The notes beneath the pieces are model-generated. The model searched no databases and was not told the DNA's origin. It saw only the letters and a list, made by a program, of their open reading frames with translations. A stretch of DNA of 64,000 nt from positions 1,937 through 65,936 of the forward strand of contig JAMJQQ010000094.1 in the NCBI GenBank assembly GCA_023554445.1. The letters run 5' to 3'. Origin of the DNA: Candidatus Carthagonibacter metallireducens. GTDB taxonomy: Bacteria; Gemmatimonadota; Gemmatimonadetes; Palauibacterales; Palauibacteraceae. This document shows, piece by piece, positions 37,527 through 48,151 of the stretch. Numbering within the stretch: position 1 is the first letter of the stretch; each line of letters begins with the position of its first letter. Made by a program: the position numbers and the translations under genes.

Positions 37527-38920
37527 TGATCCGCGCAGCGGCGTTCGATGCGGGGGCCCGGGTGGCCGTTCTCGGACTGGGGGTTTCGGGTACGGCGGCA
37601 GCTCGCCTCGCCCGGCGTCAGAATGCGGAGGTTTATGCCAGCGACAGGGCTTCGGGCTCCGCTCAGAGAGAATCAGTGGACTTGCTGCGAGGCCTGGGGA
37701 TCGACGCGGAAGCGGGGCGCCACGACATGGAGAAAATCCTCGCGTCGGATCTCGTCGTGACAAGTCCGGGAATTGGTCCGTTCTCCGAGGTGCGACAGGC
37801 CGTCACGCGAGCCGGGATACCCACGATCGCCGAGGTCGAGCTCGCCTACCGCTCGCTGCGCAGTCGGGTGATCGGGATCACGGGAACCAACGGCAAGACG
37901 ACGGCCACGCAGCTCACCACGCACCTTTTGGCCTCGTCGGGAATCGATGCCGAAGCCGTGGGCAACGTCGGGCGCCCGCTGTCGGAGTGCGCCCTGTCCG
38001 ATCGTCAGCCGGACTGGGTGGTGGTAGAGCTGAGCTCCTTCCAGCTGGCCGATCTGGTCGAGTTCGAAACCGAGATCGGCGTGTTGCTCAACCTCGCCCC
38101 CGATCACCTCGACCGGTACCGCGACCTGGACAGCTACTATGCCGACAAAGCCCGGCTCTTCGAGCGGGCTTCCGAGAATCCCGCATGGGTTCTGAACGCA
38201 GATGATGCGGCCGTCCTGAGGCTCGCCGAGGGAGCGTCGGGCCGGCGTTATCTGTTCTCGACGGAGCAGGAGATCGAGATCGGAGCCTGGGTCGGATCCG
38301 AACGCACGCTGCTCGGCCGGATGGAGCCGCACTCGGCGCCGCGTCGCTGGGCATCCCTCGAGGACCTGGGCCTGCTCGGACGGCACAACCTGGCCAATGC
38401 TCTGGCGGCCTGTGTCGCGGCTGTCCTCGCCGGAGCGGATCCGGACAGGATTCCAGCGGCGCTTCGCAGCTTCGAAGGTCTTCCGCACCGTCTGCAGGCC
38501 GTGGCCGAGCGATCCGGAGTCCTCTGGGTGGACGACTCGAAGGCGACCAACGTGGCAGCAGCCGTAGCGGCTGTGACCGCGTTCGATCGACCGGTGATCC
38601 TGCTTCTCGGTGGCCGGCACAAGGGGCAGCCCTACGACGCGATCGCAGATGCCGCGCAGGGACGGGTGCGCGCCGTGATCGCGTTTGGTGAAGCGGCGCC
38701 GCTGATCGTGCCTGCCATGAAGGACGCCGTGGAGTCGGTCATCACCGAGTCCGGGCTCGATGCGGCTGTCCGGACCGCGTCCGATCTGGCACGAGCCGGC
38801 GACGTAGTGCTGCTCGCGCCAGCCTGCTCCAGCTACGACATGTTTCCGAACTACGCCGCCCGGGGACGCGCATTCGAGGCGGCGGTGCTCGCACTGACCG
38901 GCTCCGGGGGAGGTTCCTGA
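37526..38920 (+). CDS. murD: UDP-N-acetylmuramoylalanine--D-glutamate ligase
   Basis: Rossmann N-terminus (VLGLGVSG). P-loop GITGTNGKTT. Confidence 0.9.
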   Translation: MIRAAAFDAGARVAVLGLGVSGTAAARLARRQNAEVYASDRASGSAQRESVDLLRGLGIDAEAGRHDMEKILASDLVVTSPGIGPFSEVRQAVTRAGIPTIAEVELAYRSLRSRVIGITGTNGKTTATQLTTHLLASSGIDAEAVGNVGRPLSECALSDRQPDWVVVELSSFQLADLVEFETEIGVLLNLAPDHLDRYRDLDSYYADKARLFERASENPAWVLNADDAAVLRLAEGASGRRYLFSTEQEIEIGAWVGSERTLLGRMEPHSAPRRWASLEDLGLLGRHNLANALAACVAAVLAGADPDRIPAALRSFEGLPHRLQAVAERSGVLWVDDSKATNVAAAVAAVTAFDRPVILLLGGRHKGQPYDAIADAAQGRVRAVIAFGEAAPLIVPAMKDAVESVITESGLDAAVRTASDLARAGDVVLLAPACSSYDMFPNYAARGRAFEAAVLALTGSGGGS

Positions 38921-40086
38921 TGCCTCACCGGCCCTCGAACGCCACGGCCCTCGGTCTGCGGGGATTTCCGGTTCGACCTTCGAGCGAGTCTCCGTCCGCC
39001 TCGGGGAGATTCCTGCTGGGAACGACGCTGACACTTGCAGGCTTCGGGTTGCTCTCGGTCTACAGCGCGAGTTCGTACGTGGCACAACAGGCGGGCCGCC
39101 CCGACACGTACTACCTGTTCCAGCAAGCCAGCCGTGCGGGGCTCGGCTGCTTCGCGATGGCAATCGCCAGCGTGATCGACTATCGGATCTACCGCCGGCT
39201 GGCCTGGCCGATCATGGGGATTGCCGCGCTTCTCCTCGTTCCCCTGGTGCTTCCCGGTACCGAGGCGATCGCGCCGGAAATCAACGGGGCCCGTCGATGG
39301 CTGGACCTGGGTCTGCGGATTCAGCCTTCGGAGCTGGCGAAGCTGGCCGTCGTGATCTGGACGGCGGCCCTGGCGGTCAAGAAACAGGATCAGCTCGGCG
39401 ATTTCCGCGAAGGCGTGCTGCCTTTCCTGGTGATTCTCACCCCCGTCTGTCTGCTCATTCTGCTCGAGCCCCACTTCTCCGCTGCGATGTGGGTGGCGAT
39501 GCTCGCCGGCACCGTGCTGTTCGCGGCGGGAGCACGGCTGGCGCACTTCGCAGCGCTCGGCAGCATCGTCGTGGTGCTGGCGGTCACCCAGGTTCTCACC
39601 GCGCAGTACCGCCTCCGTCGGGTTCTCGCGTTTCTCGATCCCGAGTCCGCCGCCGGAGCCGCGGGCTATCAGCTGCAGCAGTCGTTGATCGCGATCGGTT
39701 CCGGGGGGCTCACCGGAGTGGGATTCGGGCGAAGCACCACCAAGATGCAGTTCCTTCCCGAGCCACAGAATGACTTCATCTTCTCGATCATCGCCGAGGA
39801 ATGGGGATTTCTGGGTGTGGTGCTCGTCATTGCACTGTTCGCGATCTGGTCGCTGCTCGGCTTTCGCATCGCCCGCGCGGCACCTGACCTGTTCGGCCGT
39901 CTGCTGGCTACCGGCATCACGGCGGGAATCGCTCTCGGCGCGTTCGCGCACATCGGCATCGCGCTGGGGCTGCTGCCGACTACGGGGGTCAACCTTCCCT
40001 TCGTCAGCGCGGGAGGAACGAATCTCGTGATCGCGCTGGGGTCGGCCGGCATCCTGCTGAACGTTTCTTCGGCGGGAGAGAGCTGA
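38920..40086 (+). CDS. ftsW: SEDS-family peptidoglycan glycosyltransferase FtsW
   Basis: Multi-transmembrane SEDS protein. Conserved …RWLDLGLRIQPSELAKL… and …LPFVSAGGT… segments. Confidence 0.85.
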   Translation: MPHRPSNATALGLRGFPVRPSSESPSASGRFLLGTTLTLAGFGLLSVYSASSYVAQQAGRPDTYYLFQQASRAGLGCFAMAIASVIDYRIYRRLAWPIMGIAALLLVPLVLPGTEAIAPEINGARRWLDLGLRIQPSELAKLAVVIWTAALAVKKQDQLGDFREGVLPFLVILTPVCLLILLEPHFSAAMWVAMLAGTVLFAAGARLAHFAALGSIVVVLAVTQVLTAQYRLRRVLAFLDPESAAGAAGYQLQQSLIAIGSGGLTGVGFGRSTTKMQFLPEPQNDFIFSIIAEEWGFLGVVLVIALFAIWSLLGFRIARAAPDLFGRLLATGITAGIALGAFAHIGIALGLLPTTGVNLPFVSAGGTNLVIALGSAGILLNVSSAGES

Positions 40087-40089
40087 GCG

Positions 40090-41259
40090 ATGGGCGCACG
40101 CATCCTGCTCGCGGGCGGAGGAACGGGGGGACACCTCATGCCGGCCCTGAATCTCGCCGCCGCTCTGCGTGAAGCCCGACCTGACGTCGAGTTGATGCTG
40201 GTCGGCGCCGAACGTGGAATCGAGGCGAGAGTACTGCCCGAGGCGGGCGTGCCTTTCCGGCTGCTGCCGATGCAGCCGCTCAGCCGCCGCCGGCCGCTCG
40301 ACAACTGGCGCCTGCTCTCCACGGCTCCGGCCGTAGTCGCCGGACTCGCCCGAATATTCCGGGAGCTGGACCCTCAGGTCGTCGTGGGAACCGGGGGCTA
40401 CGCGTCCGGTCCAGCCGTCCTTCATGGGATCTTCGCCGGCCGCCGGACCGCGCTGCAGGAACAGAACGCGATTCCCGGCCTGGTGACCCGCCGTCTCGCA
40501 CCCCGGGTGGACAGGGTCTTCCTTGGATATCCCGAAGCGGCCGACCACCTCCAGGCCGGCGCACGCACCCGCGTGCTGGCGTGGGGGAATCCGGTCGCGG
40601 CTCGTCGACCGAACGGGATGCAGAACGGGGCCGGAGGATTTCGCTGGCCGGAGGGCCGCGTGGTCGCGGTGATCGGAGGCAGCCAGGGAGCGCGAGGCCT
40701 CAACGATCAGCTGGCGGCCGACCTGGCCGCAGCGAGACGCTGGCCGGAAGGGACCACGCTCGTCTGGGTCACCGGCCCGGATCATCTCACGTCCGTCCGG
40801 GAGGCGGTCGAGGCGACGCCGTGGGCGGAACGGATTCTGACCGTCGCGTGGATCGACGACCTGGGCGCCCGGCTCTCCGGGATCGACCTGGCGATCGCCC
40901 GTTCCGGCGCGATGTTCTGTTCCGAACTGGCGGTGGCAGGCGTTCCAGCCGTGTTCGTTCCCTTTCCGGCTGCAGCCGGAAATCACCAGGTCCACAACGC
41001 AGCGGCACTGGAGGCCGCCGGAGCGGCAGTCATGCTCGAGGAGCGATCGATGAAGACGGGAGATTTGTGGGAGGAGGTCCTCGCGCTGCTTGCCGAGGAG
41101 GAGCGGCTGCTTCAGATGGCCGAAGCGATGGCCTCACGCGGACGACCGGATGCAGCCGGTCGAATCGCCGGGGAGCTCCTGGACCTGGCGGCCGACCGAT
41201 CGAACGAAGATGGAGCGCGGCGGACGTTGGATGATTCGGCGGTGCGCACGGATGTCTGA
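40090..41259 (+). CDS. murG: Undecaprenyldiphospho-muramoylpentapeptide beta-N-acetylglucosaminyltransferase
   Basis: ILLAGGGTGGHLMPAL N-terminal G-loop. GT-B fold. Confidence 0.9.
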   Translation: MGARILLAGGGTGGHLMPALNLAAALREARPDVELMLVGAERGIEARVLPEAGVPFRLLPMQPLSRRRPLDNWRLLSTAPAVVAGLARIFRELDPQVVVGTGGYASGPAVLHGIFAGRRTALQEQNAIPGLVTRRLAPRVDRVFLGYPEAADHLQAGARTRVLAWGNPVAARRPNGMQNGAGGFRWPEGRVVAVIGGSQGARGLNDQLAADLAAARRWPEGTTLVWVTGPDHLTSVREAVEATPWAERILTVAWIDDLGARLSGIDLAIARSGAMFCSELAVAGVPAVFVPFPAAAGNHQVHNAAALEAAGAAVMLEERSMKTGDLWEEVLALLAEEERLLQMAEAMASRGRPDAAGRIAGELLDLAADRSNEDGARRTLDDSAVRTDV

Positions 41260-42643
41260 TCGTCCATTGAGCCGATCGGATCTGCCGCCGGGCGGATCGC
41301 GTGTCCATCTGCTCGGCGTCGCTGGTGCCGGAATGCGCGCCCTCGCGGAAGTGCTGGTGGAGGGGGGCTGGATCGTGTCCGGGTCCGACCGGGATTCGCG
41401 CTCAGCCTCGACTCTTTCGGCCGTAGGAGTGAACGTCGTGCCGGATACCGATACCGGGCATGCGCAGGAATCGGCTCTCGTAGTCCGAAGCTCAGCCATA
41501 CCGCCCGATCATCCAGCACTGAGCGCGGCGAACCGCGCCGGTGTTCCGGTGATCAAACGATCCTCGATGCTCGGGGCTCTGGTAAACGACCGTCGTCTGG
41601 CTGCTGTAGCAGGTACTCACGGCAAGACGACGGTCACGACGATGCTCGGACTGGCGCTGGAGGCGGCGGGTCGGGATCCGCTCGTCCTGGTGGGGGGACA
41701 CGTTCCGGAATGGGGCGGTAACGCTCGAATCGGGGCGGGCCCGGAAGCCGTGGTCGAAGCCGATGAGTACGACCGGTCGTTCCTGCAGCTCGATCCGACG
41801 CTCGCGATCGTGACTTCGGTGGAGCCGGAGCACCTCGAGTGTTACGAGGACGAACAGGAGCTGCGTTCCTCATTTGCGCTGTTCGCCGGCCGGGCCGTGG
41901 AGCGCGAGGGCGTGCTGGTGTGTGCAGACGACGAGGGAGCCCGCGCTCTGGCGGACCGACTTCCATCGGCGACCGCCTACGGATTCGATGACTCGGCCGA
42001 CTACCGGCTCGAGGTGATCGCGTCGGCGGCCGACGGGCAACGCTGTCGTCTCCGGGGACGGGAGCTGGATCTCTCATTCGATCTGGGCGCCACTGGAGCC
42101 CACAATGCGCAGAATGCGGCGGCCGCACTCCTCGCTGCGAGTCGGCTGGGTGTCGACGCGGAGGCTCTTTCGGGTTGCCTGGGTCACTTCCGCGGCGTGG
42201 AGCGACGTCTGCAGAAGATCGCGTCGCGGGGTGGGGTGATCGTGGTCGACGACTACGCGCACCACCCGACGGAGGTCCGAGCGTCGGTGGCCGCGGTTCG
42301 ATCGGCGTGGCCGGCGGCGCGAATCGTAGCGGTATTCCAGCCTCATCTCTACAGTCGCACCGAATCCATGGCCAGGGAATTCGGGCTCGAGCTGGCCGCG
42401 GCGGACCAGGTGCTGGTGCTGCCTGTCTATGCTGCGCGTGAAAGGCCGATACCGGGCGTCGACTCGTCGCTCGTCGTCAGGGACGCGCCCGGGCACCTGC
42501 GCCTCGCGGATGCAGACGAAGTGACGAAGCTGGTGAAGAGGGCCAGGCCCGACACCGTGTTCCTGTTCATGGGGGCCGGAGACATCACCGATACCGCGCA
42601 CCGCTCAGCCAGGGAGCTCGAGGGCCATGCGCTGGGAGTCTGA
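41252..42643 (+). CDS. murC: UDP-N-acetylmuramate--L-alanine ligase
   Basis: VHLLGVAGAGMRALA… N-terminus. P-loop AVAGTHGKTT. ATG at 41252 overlaps the murG stop. Confidence 0.85.
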   Translation: MSDRPLSRSDLPPGGSRVHLLGVAGAGMRALAEVLVEGGWIVSGSDRDSRSASTLSAVGVNVVPDTDTGHAQESALVVRSSAIPPDHPALSAANRAGVPVIKRSSMLGALVNDRRLAAVAGTHGKTTVTTMLGLALEAAGRDPLVLVGGHVPEWGGNARIGAGPEAVVEADEYDRSFLQLDPTLAIVTSVEPEHLECYEDEQELRSSFALFAGRAVEREGVLVCADDEGARALADRLPSATAYGFDDSADYRLEVIASAADGQRCRLRGRELDLSFDLGATGAHNAQNAAAALLAASRLGVDAEALSGCLGHFRGVERRLQKIASRGGVIVVDDYAHHPTEVRASVAAVRSAWPAARIVAVFQPHLYSRTESMAREFGLELAAADQVLVLPVYAARERPIPGVDSSLVVRDAPGHLRLADADEVTKLVKRARPDTVFLFMGAGDITDTAHRSARELEGHALGV

Positions 42644-43523
42644 GATGTCGCTCGCTGAGCAGGTCCGCTGGAGGATCGGAGGGCCCGCCTCCCGATTCGG
42701 CCGGGTCAGCGATCTGGTCGAGCTCAGGGACGCACTGTCGGGCCTGGAGGGCGGGCCTCTGCTCGTGCTCGGCTGGGGAGCCAATCTTCTCGTCGCCGAT
42801 CGAGGCGTGCGCGCCGCGGTCCTCGTGCTCGATGGAGCGTTCGACTGGATCCGCATAAACGACTCTTGTCTGGAAGCCGGGGCGGGCGCAGGACTACCCG
42901 CCCTGGTCGGAGAGGCCCGGCGTGCAGGGGCTGAAGGCTGGTGCTTCCTCGAAGCAGTGCCGGGCACGATCGGCGGTGGGCTGCGAATGAACGCCGGTTC
43001 CGCCGATACCGGCCTCTGGGATCGTGTCATAGAGGTGGAAGCAATCGCAGCCGATGGGAATTCGCATCGCGTGACGCGGAAGGAGGTCGACGCTTCGTAC
43101 AGGCACGTCGACCTGCCGGCCGACTGGGTGTTCACCGCAGCTCGTTTCGAGCTCACACCGGGTGATCCCGAAGCCGTTGGAGCGGCGCATTTCGAGCGGC
43201 GTCGACGGAAGGTCACGACGCAGGTGTATGACTTGCCGAGTTGCGGGTCGGTGTGGAAGAACCCCGGACCGGGGTCCGGATCGGCCTGGGAGCTCGTGGA
43301 CGCGGTAGGAATGCGCGGGGCCTCCAGCGGCGGCGCCCGAGTCGCCGAACGGCATGCGAACTTCATCGCCAACGAGGGAAATGCACGGGCAGATGACGTG
43401 ATGCGCCTGATGCGGGAGACGCGCCGGCGGGTCCTGGATCAGTTCGGAATTGCGCTGGAGCCCGAGATCAGATTCTGGGGCTTCGATCAGGAAGAGCTCG
43501 CCTCCGTGGGGGCAGCCGCGTGA
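42627..43523 (+). CDS. murB: UDP-N-acetylenolpyruvoylglucosamine reductase
   Basis: FAD-binding domain (LVLGWGANLLV, …GTIGGGLRMNAGS…). Catalytic C-terminal region. Confidence 0.8.
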   Translation: MRWESEMSLAEQVRWRIGGPASRFGRVSDLVELRDALSGLEGGPLLVLGWGANLLVADRGVRAAVLVLDGAFDWIRINDSCLEAGAGAGLPALVGEARRAGAEGWCFLEAVPGTIGGGLRMNAGSADTGLWDRVIEVEAIAADGNSHRVTRKEVDASYRHVDLPADWVFTAARFELTPGDPEAVGAAHFERRRRKVTTQVYDLPSCGSVWKNPGPGSGSAWELVDAVGMRGASSGGARVAERHANFIANEGNARADDVMRLMRETRRRVLDQFGIALEPEIRFWGFDQEELASVGAAA

Positions 43524-44260
43524 CCCGGCAGACGCGGCGGCGGATCGGAGTGGCACTCGCCGGTGCCCTGATCGGTGTTTCCAGTCCGTTCTGGGGACCT
43601 CCCATTCTTCGCGGAATCCCGGCCTTCGAGGTGCGGGAAGTAGAGATCGTGGGCGTGCGGTTCGCAGAGCCTGCCGACCTGCGCGAGCTCGCCGATTTCG
43701 GTGTCGGCGCATCGATCTGGGATGATCCCGGTGGCTGGGAGGAAGCCATCTCGACGCATCCGCTGATCGAGTCGGCCCGGGTTTTCCGGGCGGGCACGGA
43801 TCGCTTGCGCGTCGAGGTGCAGGAAGTACAGGCCGTCGCCCTGGTCGCAACGCCCGGACTGGCGGCCGTGGACGCGAACGGTGATCGACTCGGCGTCGAT
43901 CCGTCGGCGCACCGCCTGGATCTGCCCATCCTCGCCGGGGCGACTCTCGATTCTGCGACCGGACGTGTCGCCGAAGAAGAGGGAAGGCGGTCGCTCGCCG
44001 TGCTCGAGGAGCTCGCCTCTCTCTCTCCGGAGTTCATCCGGCGAGTCTCGGAAGTCGTGCCGCTCGACTCGGAATCCCTCGAACTCCACCTGATCGAAGG
44101 GAGTCTCGTCGACCGGCTCACTCTTCCGTACGCCGACGCCTCACGCGCGTTTCTTCAGGCTGCTGCGGCCATTCAGGCCGCGGAGCAGCGCGGTACGGTC
44201 GTCTCGGCCGACGCGCGTTATGCCGAGAAGGTGTTCGTCCGCACCGGAGATCGTCGATGA
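43520..44260 (+). CDS. ftsQ: Cell-division protein FtsQ (POTRA-domain)
   Basis: N-terminal transmembrane anchor, POTRA-like region (FEVREVEIVGVRFAEPADL). Position between murB and ftsA. Confidence 0.7.
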   Translation: MTRQTRRRIGVALAGALIGVSSPFWGPPILRGIPAFEVREVEIVGVRFAEPADLRELADFGVGASIWDDPGGWEEAISTHPLIESARVFRAGTDRLRVEVQEVQAVALVATPGLAAVDANGDRLGVDPSAHRLDLPILAGATLDSATGRVAEEEGRRSLAVLEELASLSPEFIRRVSEVVPLDSESLELHLIEGSLVDRLTLPYADASRAFLQAAAAIQAAEQRGTVVSADARYAEKVFVRTGDRR

Positions 44261-45489
44261 TGGCGCAGCAGCGATGCCTGGCGGGGCTCGACGTCGGGTC
44301 GGAGTCGACCTGTGCCGTGCTGATCGAGCTCAGTGTGCCGTGGGGCGAAGGAGATGTCGAGGCTCGAGTTCTCGGAGTGGGGGAGGCACCTACCGCCGGC
44401 GTGCGCAATCGCGTGGTCACCAACATCGATTCGACCGTCGAATCGATCCGCACGGCGCTGCGCCGCGCAGAGGAGATGGCCGGAGCCGAAGCCTCCGTCG
44501 TGTACGCGGGCATCGGCGGTGATCACGTGGAGGTCGATGCTTCCACCGGGGTGGTGGCGATCTCGGGTCGGGAGATCGCGTCCCGCGACCTGGATCACGT
44601 TCACGAGGTCGCCAGCGCCATCGTGGTCCCGGACGACCGCGAGCTCCTGCATGCGATTCCCCAGGACTACGTGGTGGACGGGGTGGCAGGCGTTCAGGAT
44701 CCGACCGGCATGGAGTCCACACGGCTGGAGTCGGAGGTCTGTGTGGTGACATCCGGCGCGGTGCCGGCTCAGAACCTCCGGAAAGCGATCGATCGGGCGG
44801 GCTGGAAGCTCGAGGAACTCGTGCTGGCCCCGCTCGCGACGAATCTCGCGGTTCTCACCGAGAATCAGCGTCGTGAGGGCGTCGTTCTCGTGGAAATCGG
44901 AGCGGCCGCTACGGAAGTGCTGGCGTTCAAGGACGAGAGGCTTCGGCTGTTCGCGACCCTTCCCTGGGGGGGAGCGACGGTGACCAACGACATCGTAAAG
45001 GGGCTCGGCGTCCCGACGTCGACGGCCGAGACTCTCAAGTCGGAGCACGGCAGCGCGCAGACCAGGAGAGTGGACGCCGCCGAGAGCCTCGAGATTCCGG
45101 GGCCCACGCCGGGATCCGTTCGGAGCGTCTCCAGGGAGTTGCTCGCCCACATCATCGAACAGCGGATGGATGAGATGCTGGGGCTGATTTACGACGAGCT
45201 GGAGAGTCGTGATCTGCTCGATTCCGTCCCCTGCGGTGTGGTACTCGCGGGCGGTGCGGCTGGAATGGATGGCGTGGCGGAACTCGCGCAGGAGGTGTTC
45301 AACCTTCCGGTCTCGCTGGGAGAGCCCGGAGTCGGTTTGACCGGACTCGTTGATGCGGTGCGCGGACCCGAGTACGCCACGGCCGTCGGTCTGGCGCTCT
45401 ATGGCCGTCATCGGAGGGCGGAGAGACCCGTCGGATCGGCAATGCGAGCAATCGGAAGAGTCACGAGCTGGCTGAGGGAGTTTTTCTGA
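44257..45489 (+). CDS. ftsA: Cell-division ATPase FtsA
   Basis: Actin-fold motifs ([15 protein letters not shown], …GIGGDHV…, …[11 protein letters not shown]…). Confidence 0.85.
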   Translation: MMAQQRCLAGLDVGSESTCAVLIELSVPWGEGDVEARVLGVGEAPTAGVRNRVVTNIDSTVESIRTALRRAEEMAGAEASVVYAGIGGDHVEVDASTGVVAISGREIASRDLDHVHEVASAIVVPDDRELLHAIPQDYVVDGVAGVQDPTGMESTRLESEVCVVTSGAVPAQNLRKAIDRAGWKLEELVLAPLATNLAVLTENQRREGVVLVEIGAAATEVLAFKDERLRLFATLPWGGATVTNDIVKGLGVPTSTAETLKSEHGSAQTRRVDAAESLEIPGPTPGSVRSVSRELLAHIIEQRMDEMLGLIYDELESRDLLDSVPCGVVLAGGAAGMDGVAELAQEVFNLPVSLGEPGVGLTGLVDAVRGPEYATAVGLALYGRHRRAERPVGSAMRAIGRVTSWLREFF

Positions 45490-45599
45490 TGACCCGGAGA
45501 CCGACGCAACCGTCGGACGCGATCGATGCGCGTTCCGCGTGCGGCGACTCGACCGGGAACTACGTCAAGGCAGGAAGAACACACGAGCGGGAGGGACAG

Positions 45600-46766
45600 A
45601 TGGTATTCGAGTTCGACGATGCGGCGACCCGGAACGCGAGGATGAAAGTGGTGGGGGTCGGGGGTGCCGGCGGCAACGCTGTGAACCGGATGATCGACGA
45701 GAGTCTCGACGGTGTCGAGTTCATCGCGATCAATACCGATGCACAGGCGCTGAAGAACTGCGAGGCCCACATCAAGCTCCAGGTGGGACGCAAGCTGACC
45801 CGGGGATTGGGTGCCGGTGCGCGTCCGGAGGTGGGTCGGCAAGCGATTACGGAGAGCGAGGAAGAGGTGCGGCGAGCCCTGGAAGGGGCCGACCTGGTGT
45901 TCGTTACAGCCGGCATGGGCGGAGGCACGGGAACGGGAGCGGCGCCGCGGGTCGGACAGATCGCATCCGAGCTCGGTGCTCTGGTGATCGCGATCGTGAC
46001 TCGTCCCTTCCTGTTCGAGGGAAAGAAGCGGATGCGCCACGCCGAGCTCGGGATGAAGGACCTGCGGCGCTCCGTGGACACGATGATCGTAGTGCCGAAC
46101 GAGCGACTTCTTTCGGTAGTCGGAAAGGGAACCACCTTTCGCGATGCTCTCAAGAAAGCCGATGAAGTCCTGCTCCACGCGACGCAGGGGATCTCTGACC
46201 TGATCAGCGTGACCGGAGAGGTCAACGTCGACTTCGCGGACGTTCGCACGGTGATGTCCAACCGGGGAGCGGCCCTGATGGGCACCGGTGAGGCGACCGG
46301 TGAGAACCGGGCCGTCGAAGCGGCACAGCAGGCGATTTGCTCACCGCTTCTCGACAACGTATCCATCAACGGCGCTACCGGAGTCCTGGTGAACATCTCG
46401 GGTGGGCTGGATCTCGCGATCGACGAGGTCACGACGATCAACTCGATCGTTCAGGAAGCGGCAGGTGAAGAGGCCGAGATGATCTTCGGCGCGGTCCACG
46501 ACCCGGATCTCGAGGGGCGCATTCGGGTTACCGTCATCGCGACGGGTTTCGGTGATGAGGCGGAGATGGAGCCCGTCCCGACGCTCAAAGTGGTTCCGCC
46601 GGCCCCGGTGCGGGCTGACGATTCCGGTCCGAGACTCGTGAGCATCTCCGGTGGAGATCCCGAGGCGATCATGCCCGAGACTCATCAGATTCGTGGCAAG
46701 CTGGGGTCAAGAATGCAGCTCGAAGACCTCGAGATCCCGACGTTCATACGAAGGCAGATGGACTGA
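45600..46766 (+). CDS. ftsZ: Cell-division GTPase FtsZ
   Basis: [16 protein letters not shown] tubulin signature and the GGGTGTG T4 loop. ATG at 45600 with a gggaggga RBS. C-terminal conserved peptide [11 protein letters not shown]. Confidence 0.95.
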   Translation: MVFEFDDAATRNARMKVVGVGGAGGNAVNRMIDESLDGVEFIAINTDAQALKNCEAHIKLQVGRKLTRGLGAGARPEVGRQAITESEEEVRRALEGADLVFVTAGMGGGTGTGAAPRVGQIASELGALVIAIVTRPFLFEGKKRMRHAELGMKDLRRSVDTMIVVPNERLLSVVGKGTTFRDALKKADEVLLHATQGISDLISVTGEVNVDFADVRTVMSNRGAALMGTGEATGENRAVEAAQQAICSPLLDNVSINGATGVLVNISGGLDLAIDEVTTINSIVQEAAGEEAEMIFGAVHDPDLEGRIRVTVIATGFGDEAEMEPVPTLKVVPPAPVRADDSGPRLVSISGGDPEAIMPETHQIRGKLGSRMQLEDLEIPTFIRRQMD

Positions 46767-46803
46767 GAACGCCTGGGCGGCCTGCAGGCGCAAGGACAAC
46801 GCT

Positions 46804-48138
46804 GTGAAACACGTAAACGAAGCGCCGCCGCCGGCCGGCGGAGAGTCGCCACGTGCGATGGATCGGGGAGCGGTTCCGCTCGCGCTCGCCGGGCTCATCG
46901 CCGGGGGTATCCTGTTGGCCGTCGCTTTCTTCGTGCCCGGGCCCGAGGCTCCGGACGAACCCGTTCCAGTCGTAGTCGTTCCCGCTCCACTCCCTCCCGT
47001 GAGCGGGTACGACACACTCGGCTCGGGCGAGACGCTCGGCGAGTTGCTGGTTGCCAACGGTCTCGGACCGGCGAGCGCTTACGCCGTAACGGAGGTCGTC
47101 CGGGGCTTCAAGAGCCCGAGGTCTCTCCGTCCCGGTCTGATAGCCCGTTTCACAGCCGTGTCCGGTTCCGAGCCCGATCGGATCGTGCTGCAGCTGAGTC
47201 CCGATTCGCTACTCGATCTGGTTGCGGCCGATACCACGTGGAACGGAGCCGTCCACGAGGTGCCCGTGAGCATCGACACGGTCGTCCTCGCCGGTCTGAT
47301 CGAATCGAGTCTCTGGTTCGCCGAATTGAGCGGAGACGTCGAGAAGCTGGGGGAGGACGAGTTCAGCGAATATGTCTTCGACCTGGCCGACGTGTTCGCG
47401 TGGAAGGTGGACTTCACGCGGGACATCAGGCGTGGTGACGCGTTTCGGGCGGCAATCGAGAGGGAACGCCGACCGGACGGCTCGATTCGATCACGCCGCT
47501 TTCTCGCAATCGAGCTACGGAATCGGAATCGGGACCTGCAGGCGATTCCCTTTCAACGGCCCGACGGACGGAGGGAGTACTTCGACGTGGAGGGGGAGGC
47601 GCTCAAGGGCGTCTTCTTGCGCTACCCCGTGCCATTCCGGATCACGAGCGGATTCTCCCGGCGCAGGTATCACCCGGTGTTGAAGCGCAACCGGGCCCAC
47701 CTCGGCATCGACTACGGCGCTCCGCATGGAACTCCGGTCAAGGCTACGGCCGCCGGGACCGTAGTCCGAGCGGGTACCTGGGGGAGCTTCGGACGGATCG
47801 TAGAGATACGGCATGTGAAGAATTTCAGCACCCGCTACGCCCACCTGAGCTCAATTGCGCGCGGAGTAACGGCGGGAGCCTTCGTGCAGCAGGGTCAGAT
47901 CATCGGGCGGGTCGGCTCCACGGGACTCGCGACGGGGCCGCACCTCCACTACGAGTTTCTGCAGGCCGGCACGCATCGGAATCCGGCGACACTCGAACTT
48001 CCGTCGGCCGAACGGCTGGAAGACGAACACGTCGACGCCTTCCGAGTCGAACGCGATCAGGCCCTCGCATTGCTGGATGCTGTCCCACTGCCAGTGCCGT
48101 CGTCCGACTCCACGGCGGGACCGGCGGTCGCCGAATGA
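46804..48138 (+). CDS. M23-family (LytM-type) metalloendopeptidase with an N-terminal transmembrane segment
   Basis: HxxxD (HLGIDYGAPHGTPV) and H-x-H (GPHLHYEF) M23 motifs. GTG at 46804; alternative ATG at 46858. Confidence 0.75.
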   Translation: MKHVNEAPPPAGGESPRAMDRGAVPLALAGLIAGGILLAVAFFVPGPEAPDEPVPVVVVPAPLPPVSGYDTLGSGETLGELLVANGLGPASAYAVTEVVRGFKSPRSLRPGLIARFTAVSGSEPDRIVLQLSPDSLLDLVAADTTWNGAVHEVPVSIDTVVLAGLIESSLWFAELSGDVEKLGEDEFSEYVFDLADVFAWKVDFTRDIRRGDAFRAAIERERRPDGSIRSRRFLAIELRNRNRDLQAIPFQRPDGRREYFDVEGEALKGVFLRYPVPFRITSGFSRRRYHPVLKRNRAHLGIDYGAPHGTPVKATAAGTVVRAGTWGSFGRIVEIRHVKNFSTRYAHLSSIARGVTAGAFVQQGQIIGRVGSTGLATGPHLHYEFLQAGTHRNPATLELPSAERLEDEHVDAFRVERDQALALLDAVPLPVPSSDSTAGPAVAE

Positions 48139-48151
48139 CCCGGGGCCGGGG

